DNA from: Saprospira sp. CCB-QB6
GTDB lineage: Bacteria; Bacteroidota; Bacteroidia; Chitinophagales; Saprospiraceae
Assembly: GCF_028464065.1 (NCBI RefSeq)
Contig: NZ_CP116808.1
Coordinates: 1,263,886-1,327,885 of the forward strand
Length of the DNA stretch: 64,000 nt
Direction of reading: 5' to 3'
In this document: positions 26,836-36,170 of the stretch, one piece after another
Position numbering within the stretch: position 1 is the stretch's first letter
Layout: the number at the start of each line of letters is the position of its first letter
Notes under the pieces: generated by a model
Told to the model about the DNA's origin: nothing
Database searches by the model: none
What the model saw: the letters and a program-made list of their open reading frames with translations, nothing else
Translations under genes and position numbers: made by a program

Positions 26836-27393
26836 TCAGCCTCTTGGCTTCCAAAGTACTTCTTCGGCCTGATGGCAATGGGCCGCAAAACGGCCAAATA
26901 TAAAGAGGTAATCCGACAAGCGATTGAGGTATTGCAACACCACCTCAGGCAGGGCCTGCTCGTCATTTAGCGCCACGGCCAAACGCTCGGCACGGCGACA
27001 AACGGTGCGAGCAATATTGGCCCTAGACACCTGCGGATGCCCGCCTGGCAAAACAAAGTTTTTAAGGGGCGCCAAATGCTCATCCATGGCATCCATCCAG
27101 TTTTCGAGCTGCAACACATCCTCAGGCAAAACATCGGGCTGCTTGACCTTATGCGCCTTTTCGGGAGCCGTGGCCATGATGGTCCCTAGGCTAAACAAGC
27201 GCTCCTGAATCTGCAAAAGCTGCTGCCGCTGCTCTTCTTGCTCGCAAAAATCTCTTAATAGGCCTAAGTTCGCATTCAGCTCATCTAAACTGCCATAGGC
27301 CTCAATTCTCAAATGATATTTGGGCAGACGGCCCCCGCCCCAAAGTGCGGTGCTGCCCTTATCGCCCGTCTTGGTATAAATCTTAAACGACAT
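26836..27393 (-). CDS. Cob(I)yrinic acid a,c-diamide / cob(I)alamin adenosyltransferase, PduO type
   Basis: N-terminal MSFKIYTKTGDKGSTALWGG matches the PduO/MMAB signature IYT(K/R)TGDxGxTSL. 185 aa. Confidence 0.8.
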   Translation of the reverse strand: MSFKIYTKTGDKGSTALWGGGRLPKYHLRIEAYGSLDELNANLGLLRDFCEQEEQRQQLLQIQERLFSLGTIMATAPEKAHKVKQPDVLPEDVLQLENWMDAMDEHLAPLKNFVLPGGHPQVSRANIARTVCRRAERLAVALNDEQALPEVVLQYLNRLSDYLFIFGRFAAHCHQAEEVLWKPRG

Positions 27394-27399
27394 AATTGG

Positions 27400-27966
27400 C
27401 TATACTTCTCCTTTTCGCTCTCGATAGCGCTTGTAGGCCTTTATACCCATCATTAGGCTTATTCCAAAGGCAATCAAACTCAAAAAGGCAATCAAAAAAT
27501 CAATTCTACTTTTATAAACGGCCAATAAAACAATGGCCAAGAGTAAGAGGGTGGCAATTTCATTATACATCCGAAATTTGGCCGAACTCATCACAAATTC
27601 ATTGCGCGCCAAACGCTGCATAATCGACTTGCCATAAAAATGATAGCTCACCAACAAAATGATGAAACCCAACTTCCAATGCATCCAAATATTGGCCACA
27701 AACCAATCCCAACCATAATAAAAGAGCATCATACTGCCCCCCAAAAAGGTAATAAACATGGCCGGCGTCATAATAATATGATACAAGCGGCGCTGCATCA
27801 AAGCATATTGCTCCGTCAAAACTCCCCGCTCCGCCTCCGGCCGCTCCAAAGCCTCGGTATGATAAATAAAGAGCCGCGGCAAATAAAATAGCCCCGCAAA
27901 CCAACTAATCAGCCCAATAAAGTGAATAACTTTGCCCAAGTTATAGAGCCATGGCGTATCAAACAT
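27400..27966 (-). CDS. hemJ: Protoporphyrinogen IX oxidase HemJ (UPF0093 membrane protein family)
   Basis: HFIGLISWFAGLFYLPRLFIYHTEA matches the conserved HemJ motif WFAGLFYLPRLFVYH. Multi-pass membrane protein of 188 aa. Confidence 0.7.
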   Translation of the reverse strand: MFDTPWLYNLGKVIHFIGLISWFAGLFYLPRLFIYHTEALERPEAERGVLTEQYALMQRRLYHIIMTPAMFITFLGGSMMLFYYGWDWFVANIWMHWKLGFIILLVSYHFYGKSIMQRLARNEFVMSSAKFRMYNEIATLLLLAIVLLAVYKSRIDFLIAFLSLIAFGISLMMGIKAYKRYRERKGEV

Positions 27967-28031
27967 AGTTCTTAATTATTTTTTTCTAGGGCGAAGATAA
28001 ACATTCTTCGAACTCAAAACTGCGATTTTCT

Positions 28032-28445
28032 ATGTCTATTCATCATCATCCCATTTCTCTCCAAGCCAAAAGCCGAGGCTTCCACCTGATTACTCAAGAA
28101 GTTTTGCAACAACTGCCCAAACTTCCCCAAAATGGCCTTTTTCAACTCTTTATTCAACATACTTCGGCCGGACTCACCATCAACGAGAATGCAGATCCCG
28201 ATGTCCGTATGGATTTTGAAACCATTTTTAATCGCCTAGTCCCCGAAAACCAAAAGGGCCTCTTACACACCCTAGAAGGTCCCGACGATATGCCCGCCCA
28301 CATTAAAACCGCTTTTACGGGCACAAGTTTAAGCATTCCCATTATTCACGGCCAACTCGCCCTCGGAACCTGGCAAGGCATCTACCTTTGTGAGTTCAGA
28401 AACCATGGCGGTCGCCGCCAATTAGTCGCTACGATTATGGATTAG
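28032..28445 (+). CDS. YjbQ/UPF0047 family protein (secondary thiamine-phosphate synthase-like)
   Basis: HTSAGLTINENADPDVRMD...PAHIKTAFTGTSLSIPIIHGQLALGTWQGIYLCEF matches the YjbQ family pattern. 137 aa. Confidence 0.75.
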   Translation: MSIHHHPISLQAKSRGFHLITQEVLQQLPKLPQNGLFQLFIQHTSAGLTINENADPDVRMDFETIFNRLVPENQKGLLHTLEGPDDMPAHIKTAFTGTSLSIPIIHGQLALGTWQGIYLCEFRNHGGRRQLVATIMD

Positions 28446-28584
28446 GATTTAGGAATCTCTTTATCATCCCTGTAGGTTAAAACCTACAGCAACAATGGCA
28501 TTACTGCGCAATGAACTATAAATAAGGGTTTAAACCCTCACAAAGTTAATCATTTGAATGCACAAGATGCTGAATAGTTGGTGA

Positions 28585-28709
28585 TTTTGGGGCCTCCGCC
28601 TCGCTTCGCTCCTCGGCGCTACGTTCCGCAGCTCGCTGTTCGCTCGGCCCTGCGCTGCCAAAGGCAGCTTGGTCTGGCCCTTCGGGCCACTGCTGCACAT
28701 CGCTAGGCC
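28585..28709 (+). repeat. GC-rich modular repeat copy J (beta-type); hairpin CTGTAGGTTAAAACCTACAG lies just upstream at 28470-28489
   Basis: TTTTGGGGCCTCCGCCTCGCTTCGCTCCTCGGCGCTACGTTCCGCAGCTCGCTGTTCGCTCGGCCCTGCGCTGCCAAAGGCAGCTTGGTCTGGCCCTTCGGGCCACTGCTGCACATCGCTAGGCC. Confidence 0.8.
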
Positions 28710-28849
28710 AGGCGGGCCTTCTAAATCCATAAACAGATTTGGCTCTTTCTATAGACTTTCGTAATTTTTTAGGCCCTTAGGGCTAACCATCATCCCCTTT
28801 GGGGTATTACTCATTGAGCCCACAAGCTTGCCCCAGAAACCTCTTTTTT

Positions 28850-29422
28850 ATGGATATTTCAATTGCCGCCCTCCAAGCCGGAGACCAAAGGGCCTATAAA
28901 GCCCTCTACGAACAAGCTTATTGGTATTGTGCCAGCGCCCTACTCCAACAGGGCGCCCAAGAAACCGATGCCAAAGCTATCTTTAACCGTGCCCTAGAGA
29001 TTTTTTGGACCAAAATGCAAACGCCCGATTTTGAGCTCAGCTGCCAACCCAAAACTTATCTCTATGCCGTTTGCCGAAACCTCTGGCTCAAACAGCTCCG
29101 CAAACAAAAGAAAAACCCCATCCTCCAAGATGAAGAACGCCTACTCCAAGAGCCCCTCCCCCATTTGGCCCAAGAAGATATCTATTTTTTAGAGGAAGAA
29201 GAGGCCGATCCACTGCTCATGACGGCCATGAAAGCCCTAAACAGCATGAAAAATACCGATTGCCAAAAAGTATTGGAGCTCTACTATTTTGAGAAGAAAT
29301 CACATCGAGAAATTGAGCAAATCATGGGCTTTGCCGATAACTACTCAAAGGTCAAGAAAAATAGCTGTATCAAACAGCTCAAAAAACAATTGCTGCGCCT
29401 TTTGGGCCAGCCCAAAGCTTAA
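28850..29422 (+). CDS. ECF-type RNA polymerase sigma-70 factor
   Basis: Start at Met18 of the ORF (MDISIAALQ...). Region 4 / HTH: KVLELYYFEKKSHREIEQIMGFADNYSKVKKNSCIKQLKKQL. About 190 aa. Confidence 0.65.
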   Translation: MDISIAALQAGDQRAYKALYEQAYWYCASALLQQGAQETDAKAIFNRALEIFWTKMQTPDFELSCQPKTYLYAVCRNLWLKQLRKQKKNPILQDEERLLQEPLPHLAQEDIYFLEEEEADPLLMTAMKALNSMKNTDCQKVLELYYFEKKSHREIEQIMGFADNYSKVKKNSCIKQLKKQLLRLLGQPKA

Positions 29423-29426
29423 ACCT

Positions 29427-30311
29427 ATGGATTTTTATAGCCCCGAATGGCTGGATGCCTTCCAGCAAAACCAACTCTCTTCCGAAGAACGAGCCGCTAC
29501 CCTAGCCTTGGCCCAAAAAGAACCCGAATATGCCGCCCAATTAAAAGCACATGGCATCGCTATCCAAGCTATTCAGGCTTTTGGCCGCCAAACTGCCGTA
29601 GAAAAAATGGCCCAAGAACTAGCCGAAGAGGGCCTATTTGAACGCCCTATCGAACAAGCGCTACAAGCTAAAGCCGCCCAAAAACAGATTGGCCAAATTG
29701 CCCAAGAACTAGAAACAGAAGGCTTTTTTGCCCCAGAAAAAAAGAAGGAGATAAAGGTTCGCCCCCTCCCCCGCTGGCGCCCAATTATGGGCATTGCCGC
29801 TAGCCTAATTTTATTACTTAGCCTAGGTTATTGGTGGCAAGAATCTCAAGCGCTCCCCCGCTGGTCTCAAGAATATACCTTGGCTAGCGCAACATCTACC
29901 CAAAAAGAATTACAACTGCTTTTGAGCGCTCAAGGCTTTGGCCAAAATGAAGCCGCCCTCAGAAACCTCCAACTCGGCCTCAATGCCTATGAGAAAAAAG
30001 ATTGGGAGAAGGCTAAAACAGAATTACAAACCTACCAAAAGGCCAATTCTATCTTTGCCCAAGAAGAAACCCAGTTTTATCTAGGCCATATCGCCTTTGA
30101 ACTCGGCCAAATTGATCAAGCCAAAACCTACTGGCAAGAACTCTCCCAATTGCCTAGCCTCCCCCCCAATATTTCGGAACAACTTAGCTGGTATCAAGCT
30201 TTGCTCGCCCTGCGCGAAAATCAAAAAGAGCTGGCCAAAAACTACCTAAAAAAGGTCCCTCCAGGCCCCTATCAAGAAAAAGCAAAACAACTTCTGCAAT
30301 CACTAGAGTAA
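29427..30311 (+). CDS. Putative anti-sigma factor (single-pass membrane, TPR-like C-terminal domain)
   Basis: Start at Met47 (MDFYSPEWLDAF...), 4 bp after the sigma stop, so translationally coupled. Transmembrane segment IMGIAASLILLLSLGYWW. C-terminal helical repeats. Confidence 0.45.
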   Translation: MDFYSPEWLDAFQQNQLSSEERAATLALAQKEPEYAAQLKAHGIAIQAIQAFGRQTAVEKMAQELAEEGLFERPIEQALQAKAAQKQIGQIAQELETEGFFAPEKKKEIKVRPLPRWRPIMGIAASLILLLSLGYWWQESQALPRWSQEYTLASATSTQKELQLLLSAQGFGQNEAALRNLQLGLNAYEKKDWEKAKTELQTYQKANSIFAQEETQFYLGHIAFELGQIDQAKTYWQELSQLPSLPPNISEQLSWYQALLALRENQKELAKNYLKKVPPGPYQEKAKQLLQSLE

Positions 30312-30482
30312 AGGAGACTGTTTAAAATTTTGTGTCTACCCTTCTCTGCGCCTAGGGACAAGCCCCTAGGCGATTATTGGCCAAATCCTAACAAGCTAAA
30401 GGCCCAAATTTTATTCTAATACACAAAATCCTGAACAGTCTCGAGTAAAGCAAGGCCTTGCTCCTTACTAGAATAATAGATC

Positions 30483-30509
30483 ATCCCCTCCTCGGAGGGG
30501 ATTTTTTTG
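30483..30509 (+). terminator. Hairpin ATCCCCTCC-TC-GGAGGGGAT plus T7 tract
   Basis: Read directly. The same CCCCTCC/GGAGGGG stem recurs at 15722-15745 and 15897-15918. Confidence 0.5.
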
Positions 30510-30552
30510 TCCCCCTGCTGGACAGAGATCTAAGTGAGTTGGTCCAAAGACA

Positions 30553-30585
30553 AAAGGGGCTGCTCGATATCGAGCAGCCCCTTTG
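30553..30585 (-). terminator. Hairpin GGGGCTGCTCGATATCGAGCAGCCCC with a flanking T-tract on the minus strand
   Basis: Perfect 11-bp stem, about 20 bp downstream of the stop of 30605..32287. Confidence 0.5.
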
Positions 30586-30604
30586 CAGCAGGTCCTAAGC
30601 GATC

Positions 30605-32287
30605 TTAGAACTTAGCAATGACACCAATTTTTCCATTGATGCCCAATTGCTGATAGAGGTACCAGCGTTGGTATTTGTTATTAAACAGGTTGTTTCCTTC
30701 TACAAAGAAAGCAAAGCGTTGTTTGTCTCCTTTTCCGAGCCAGTAAGTAGCATTTAGGTTAAGGTCAAACAAGCCGCCAAGGGTTTCGCTTTCGGTAGCT
30801 AAAGCAGGGAGATAAGGCACGCCAGCATTGACAAAGAGGTCGGCCCCAACTTCTAGATTGCCTTTTTTATATTTCAGGCCAAAGCTAGATTCCAAAACAG
30901 GCAGATGATAAGCGGCTTCAGCTGTTCCTCCGCTATAATTATTGAAAGCTAGAGCGCCCTTAAAGTAGAGTTCCTCCATAATTTGGAGTTCTACATCTGC
31001 GGCTACAGTCAAGCGGCTGAGTGTATCATAGGCCAGACCAAATTTCAGATAATTGCTTTCTAGGGTATTATAGAAAAGGGGTTGTTGGCTCAAATTGGCA
31101 TAAGAGACATTAAAGTCGTAGCCTAAGCGTTTAATCTTCCCTTTGAGTCCCCCATAAAAGCGGCTTTCTTGCGTATGTTCCCAATGCAGGCGCTCTGTAT
31201 CCAAGAAGGGATTATAAGTAGAGAGCTGCATGAGCGTATTTTCTCGGATGTTGCCCGACCAACCTGCATAGGGCACAAATTGCCCCCCTAAAATGACATA
31301 ACTAAAATCGACATCGGGCAAGACAAAGTATTTTCCAGCATTACTTCCTAAGCGGGCCCCCAAGCGGCTTTTGAAATTCCCAAAATTGAGATCTGTTCCT
31401 GCATGCAATTGGGCCAGGCTACGGCTTTGGCTGCTATCCGTAGTTGTATAGCGGCTATACAATAGCTCTGCTTCGGCAAAAAAGCGATGTTGGGGGCTGC
31501 GGCTATCGCCCACCCATTTTTCAAAAACAAGGCGAGGGCGGATATTTAGCTCTCCTACCCCATGATAAGATCTGGTATTATAGAGGTCCAAATCGGCTCT
31601 GTAATTCATTTCTTGTTTATTGCTTTTGGCATTGAAGAGGTGAATATTGGCCCCTACCGTTAGGTAGCGTTGTTTAAGACTATCTTCGGCTAGGCCCGAG
31701 CTATCTTGAGCGAAGGGATAGAGGCTATCACCCAAGTTTTCGAGCAGTTGGTGGTAGCCGTAATAGCGATAATTATTGAGGTCCATATTTAGGGCACCAC
31801 CAACAGCTAAACCATTAGACAGAAAATAATCGCCATTTAGGTTAATAGACGTTTTGCCAAAAACTTGGTCCTCCAAATTACCTTGGCTGCTATGGTGTTT
31901 GGCTGTAGCCCCAAAGCGTACTTTATCATTATTGCTATTGTGGTAAGATAGCTCTAGCAAAGGAGAGAGTGGGAAACCGATACCCGCCTTTGTATAAAAG
32001 TTGAGACTTTTGGGTGGCGTAGGCACAGGCATCGCCAAGGGGCGGATATTGGGTTCGGGATAATTGACCGAAACAATTCGTTCGGGGACCAGGTAGGTCA
32101 ATTTTTGGCCTGCGCTGGTATCCAAATCGGGTAAAAGAGGCTGAGCCTCCTGCTTTTTACTTTCGGCTAATTGGGCCTTAAAGGGTTTGACTAGCTCGGT
32201 CCCTACATCATTGATTTGGGCCTTTAGGCTGGGGGCAAAAAGCCCAACTGCCAATGCTAAACAAAGTGATTTACTATATTTTATCAT
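30605..32287 (-). CDS. Outer-membrane beta-barrel protein (porin-like), hypothetical
   Basis: Start at Met19 (MIKYSKSLCLALAVGLFAPSLKAQ signal peptide). Alternating Tyr/Gly/Asn-rich amphipathic strands. C-terminal ...GVIAKF with a terminal Phe is typical of OM beta-barrels. Confidence 0.55.
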   Translation of the reverse strand: MIKYSKSLCLALAVGLFAPSLKAQINDVGTELVKPFKAQLAESKKQEAQPLLPDLDTSAGQKLTYLVPERIVSVNYPEPNIRPLAMPVPTPPKSLNFYTKAGIGFPLSPLLELSYHNSNNDKVRFGATAKHHSSQGNLEDQVFGKTSINLNGDYFLSNGLAVGGALNMDLNNYRYYGYHQLLENLGDSLYPFAQDSSGLAEDSLKQRYLTVGANIHLFNAKSNKQEMNYRADLDLYNTRSYHGVGELNIRPRLVFEKWVGDSRSPQHRFFAEAELLYSRYTTTDSSQSRSLAQLHAGTDLNFGNFKSRLGARLGSNAGKYFVLPDVDFSYVILGGQFVPYAGWSGNIRENTLMQLSTYNPFLDTERLHWEHTQESRFYGGLKGKIKRLGYDFNVSYANLSQQPLFYNTLESNYLKFGLAYDTLSRLTVAADVELQIMEELYFKGALAFNNYSGGTAEAAYHLPVLESSFGLKYKKGNLEVGADLFVNAGVPYLPALATESETLGGLFDLNLNATYWLGKGDKQRFAFFVEGNNLFNNKYQRWYLYQQLGINGKIGVIAKF

Positions 32288-32324
32288 TTGATTTTTCTTT
32301 AGACGATCTATTTTAGAGTGGACA

Positions 32325-32484
32325 GGCGGCGAAGCCGCCAAAAGGAGCGCAGCGACGCGGCTGAGGGATGGACAGCAGTGGCCCGCAGGGCCAGACCAAG
32401 CTGCCTTTGGCAGCGCAGGGCCGAGCGAACAGCGAGCTGCGGAACAGCCCGACCCGCCCGAAGGGCGGGGCAGCCCCTAAAAAG
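32325..32484 (-). repeat. GC-rich modular repeat copy K (alpha-type, minus orientation)
   Basis: GGCGGCGAAGCCGCCAAAAGGAGCGCAGCGACGCGGCTGAGGGATGGACAGCAGTGGCCCGCAGGGCCAGACCAAGCTGCCTTTGGCAGCGCAGGGCCGAGCGAACAGCGAGCTGCGGAACAGCCCGACCCGCCCGAAGGGCGGGGCAGCCCCTAAAAAG. Confidence 0.8.
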
Positions 32485-32490
32485 AAAAAT

Positions 32491-35400
32491 TTAATCAATC
32501 ATTTCCAGTTCGCCACTGCCATCATTGCGGCGCAGGCGGCTATTAGAAGAAATAGCTTGTTTGACCTGAGCCAGTTTATCTTGGGCCTCCTTCACAATTT
32601 CGGGTTCGCCGTTGAAGTTGCCCAATAGGCTTTCTAGGGTACCTTTGGCCGCATCTAGTTTGCCTTGTTCGGCATAGATATCGGCAATGAGGATAAAGTT
32701 GCGCGCCAACCAGTTGAGGTGTTGGCCCAGCAGCTTATTATTTTGGAAAGCCAGTTCTAGTGCGCCATCCAAATCGCGTTGGATATAAGTAATTTTGGCA
32801 ATTTGGTAATGGGCTTCAGAGGCGTTGATATCGTCATCAACCAGCTTGAGGCTCTCCTTATAAGACTGCATAGCTTTAGCATTTTCACCCGCTAATTGTT
32901 GTGCTTTAGCCAGGTAGAAATGGGCTTCGGCCTTGTTGGCGGCGCTAGCATTGGGTTCTTTGAGGAAATTTGTGGCGAGTCCCTTCAAGGCCTGATAATT
33001 TTGGCCATAATAGGCAGAGCGCATACCGAATAAGCGAGCTTCTGAGCGGTTTTCGGGGCTAGAAGCGAACTGTTCTAGGCCTTGGAAATAAGTGAGAGCC
33101 TTGGCATAATCCTCAGTAATATGGTAGCAAATTCGACCTGCCAACAGATTGGCTTCCTCGGCCATAGCGGGGGGGGCTTTGGGCTCCTTGGCTTCTGCTA
33201 CATAAGAGAAATCGCTCAGGGCCTTGGGATATTCCTTGAGGTTATAGTAGGCAATACCTCGGTTGAGGTGGGCCGACATACTATTGAGTCCCTTGGGAAA
33301 GCGATCGAGATATTTGCTGTAATTATCGGCAGCAGCAGGCCAGTTTTCCTGATCGAAAGAAGAGGCAGCCGACTCATAAAGGAGAGAATCTGCGGCCATA
33401 TCAGAGAAATTATAGCCTTGCAAAGTAGAGGCATAAGCCATAAAGCCGTCGGGATCGCCTTGATCGATATAGATTTTTCGGATAAAGTTGAGGGCGGCCT
33501 TTGCTTCCTCTGTTTGGACATTATTGCTCACCACCGTCTTGAAATAATCGAGGGCTTCGCGGTTCATATCGCGGCTATAAGAGAGCACTCCCAATTTATA
33601 GAGGGCTTTGGCGGTATACTCGCTATCGGGATATTTCACGATCAGTTGGTCAAAGCTTCCTTTGGCCTGATCGAATTCATTTTGGTTAATCTGTGTGCTT
33701 CCCATGGCATAAAGCGCATCATCGGCATAGATTGAACTAGGGTGTTGGCCCACCAAATCGGCTAGGGTGCGCAACTGCTTTTGGGGTTGGTTGGTCAAGC
33801 TATAAATCAAGCTCAGCTGATACATGGCATAATCCTCATTGGGGAAATTATTGGCCACAATGCGTTCGTAATAGCCAGCGGCGGCGGTATAATTATTCGT
33901 TCCCCCCAGATAGAGGTAGCAATCGCCAGCACGGCCGAGGGCATCGGGATAGACAAAATTAGAGACATGTCGATCATTAATTTTGCTCAGGCGGGGCTCA
34001 ATATATTTGACCGCCTTCACAAATTCGCCCACGGCATTATCGTAGCTATTTTTGCGGAGGTAATTGTAGCCTAGGCCATAATGGGCCGTTCCTTTAGTGG
34101 AATTGGCGGGTAATTGAGGAGCAGCAGCCGCTACGGTAGTAAAGCGATTATACTCATCAATACTTTTATCAAATTGGTCTAATTGGAAAAGCGCTTCAGC
34201 TTTCCAGAAATGGGCCAGGGCCGTGGTTTCGGTATGCACAGCCGAGCCCAAAGACTCATTAAAGCGCTCTACGGCTTTGGTGAAATTGCTGGCTTTATAA
34301 TGCTGCACACCACGGAAATAAGCCACTTTTTGGAAGGCCTCTTTGAGAGAAGGCTCGCTGCGGTCGATACTGCGCAAAATGCTCAGGGCTTTTTCATAAT
34401 CGCGAGTATTGAGGAAGAGCTGGCTCATCAAGTTTTGCGATTCGTTGCTGTATTTGGTGTTGAGCAACTCCATAAAAGCCGAAATAGCGTCATTGTCTAG
34501 GCCCAATTCATAAGACAATTTGGCATAATTCATTTTAGCGTCAATCTGCAGCTCTTTGTCCTGCTTCATTTCTGCGGCCTGCTTAAAAGAGAGGCGAGCT
34601 TCCTCTTTTCGGCCTAGTTTGAGTTGACAATCGGCTAGATTGTAGCGAGCATTTTGCCCCAACTTATTATCTAATCGAGCAATTTGCTCAAAGTTAGCAG
34701 CGGCATCCTCATATTTTCCAGCTCGATATTGAGTATAAGCCAATTGATAGAAGATATCTTCTGTCATTTTGGGCGTTTTGCTGGCGTATTCTTCCATATA
34801 AGGAAGCGCTTTTTGATAATTCTTCTTTTCGTAATAGGCTTGGCCCACCGCCTGCACAATCGTCATGCGTTCCCGCACCGTATTGCTTTTGGTGTAGGGT
34901 TCGCCGTAGGCAATTGTTTTATCATAATCCTTTTTCATAAAGTGGATCTGCGTAATATAGGTAGGGACCACCTTTTCGTAGCGGCTCGATTTATTGGCAA
35001 TTTCAAAGCTCGCCAAGGCCGCATCAAAGTCTTTCAGGAAGAAAGAGCAGAGACCATAATAGTAGTTGGCGGGAAAAGTATACTCGCTTTTGGTCCCTTT
35101 GATTTGGGCAAAAACGGGCTGGGCTTTCTTAAAGTCCTTAGACACAAAATAACAGTAAGCCAACTGGAATTTGGCCTCAATCAACTCCTCATTGCTTAGG
35201 TCATTAAGATCCTTAAAGTTGATGCTACTGAGGTATTTAATGGCCTTTTTATAATCTCTTTGGGCATAGTAATAACGCCCCACTTCCAATTTGGCCTGAG
35301 CTGCCACAGACATGGGCTCATATTTCTTAATCAGGACCAAAAGTTTGTTTTCGGCATCGGGCCGCTCCAAGCGCAGGGCCGCAAGAGCCGCATAAAGTTC

Positions 35401-35640
35401 TGCTTTTGGGCGATACAATTCAGGCAATTCCTGCTCTGCATAAAGCGCCTGATTAGGGGCCAACAATTGGCCCAATTCATCTTCGGCCTTGCCATAAAGG
35501 GCTTGTTCATAAAATTCGATGGCCGCATGATATGCCGCCTGAGGGTCTTTGTATACGGCTGTTTGCTGCGCTTGTATGCCCTGCAAACTCGCAAGACTCA
35601 GCAGTCCGCCATAGACCAGTTTTTTCAGCTTTGGTTGCAT
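32491..35640 (-). CDS. Large (1049 aa) tetratricopeptide-repeat protein, secreted/periplasmic
   Basis: Signal peptide MQPKLKKLVYGGLLSLASLQGIQAQ. Dozens of TPR-like helical repeats (AxxYY..A...G.Y..A periodicity) throughout. Confidence 0.75.
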   Translation of the reverse strand: MQPKLKKLVYGGLLSLASLQGIQAQQTAVYKDPQAAYHAAIEFYEQALYGKAEDELGQLLAPNQALYAEQELPELYRPKAELYAALAALRLERPDAENKLLVLIKKYEPMSVAAQAKLEVGRYYYAQRDYKKAIKYLSSINFKDLNDLSNEELIEAKFQLAYCYFVSKDFKKAQPVFAQIKGTKSEYTFPANYYYGLCSFFLKDFDAALASFEIANKSSRYEKVVPTYITQIHFMKKDYDKTIAYGEPYTKSNTVRERMTIVQAVGQAYYEKKNYQKALPYMEEYASKTPKMTEDIFYQLAYTQYRAGKYEDAAANFEQIARLDNKLGQNARYNLADCQLKLGRKEEARLSFKQAAEMKQDKELQIDAKMNYAKLSYELGLDNDAISAFMELLNTKYSNESQNLMSQLFLNTRDYEKALSILRSIDRSEPSLKEAFQKVAYFRGVQHYKASNFTKAVERFNESLGSAVHTETTALAHFWKAEALFQLDQFDKSIDEYNRFTTVAAAAPQLPANSTKGTAHYGLGYNYLRKNSYDNAVGEFVKAVKYIEPRLSKINDRHVSNFVYPDALGRAGDCYLYLGGTNNYTAAAGYYERIVANNFPNEDYAMYQLSLIYSLTNQPQKQLRTLADLVGQHPSSIYADDALYAMGSTQINQNEFDQAKGSFDQLIVKYPDSEYTAKALYKLGVLSYSRDMNREALDYFKTVVSNNVQTEEAKAALNFIRKIYIDQGDPDGFMAYASTLQGYNFSDMAADSLLYESAASSFDQENWPAAADNYSKYLDRFPKGLNSMSAHLNRGIAYYNLKEYPKALSDFSYVAEAKEPKAPPAMAEEANLLAGRICYHITEDYAKALTYFQGLEQFASSPENRSEARLFGMRSAYYGQNYQALKGLATNFLKEPNASAANKAEAHFYLAKAQQLAGENAKAMQSYKESLKLVDDDINASEAHYQIAKITYIQRDLDGALELAFQNNKLLGQHLNWLARNFILIADIYAEQGKLDAAKGTLESLLGNFNGEPEIVKEAQDKLAQVKQAISSNSRLRRNDGSGELEMID

Positions 35641-35730
35641 GAAGTTCTATTTAATTTTTAAGGAGTCTTTCCTAGAGAATCATTCTAATAAGTTCTTAGC
35701 TAAAGATACAGTTTTTTAACTGTTTTATGC

Positions 35731-35878
35731 TTTTGGGGCCTCCGCAGCAAAGCTGCGGCGCTACGCTTTGGGGCTCGCAAGTCTGCTCGGCCCTTCGCTT
35801 TTTCGCTACGCTCAAAAGCTCGGTCTGGCCTGCGGCCACCCCGCCGCATCGCTAGGCCAAGGCGGCTGCGCCGCCTCC
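35731..35878 (+). repeat. GC-rich modular repeat copy L (beta-type)
   Basis: TTTTGGGGCCTCCGCAGCAAAGCTGCGGCGCTACGCTTTGGGGCTCGCAAGTCTGCTCGGCCC...GGTCTGGCCTGCGGCCACCCCGCCGCATCGCTAGGCCAAGGCGGCTGCGCCGCCTCC. Confidence 0.8.
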
Positions 35879-36170
35879 TGCTCCAAGAAAGTAATTTGTA
35901 GAGACTAGGCCCAAAAATAATGCCTTGAGGGCATAAAAAAAACGGCCCGATGAATAATCATCGGACCGTTTAGCTAGTCGTTCTTTGTTAGTTTTTAAAC
36001 TAACCCCCTAAAAAGTGTATGAAGAACAAGCAAAGAACATGATAAGAACAATATCTGAACAGACTAGCCGCAAAGCGAATCAGCTTGTGCTGTCACAAAT
36101 ATGTATAAAAGTTTTTTACTCCCCAAATAAACCACAACAAAAGTACAAAAAGTGACTACTCAAAATCAAC

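Noticed and set aside
26467-26966. ORFs 26467..26769, 26612..26812 and 26655..26966 in the region between copy I and the PduO-type gene
   Set aside because: They overlap the tandem GCAGTTCGACG..AGGGAGTAAC repeats and the repeat element on the antisense strand. I see no motif support.
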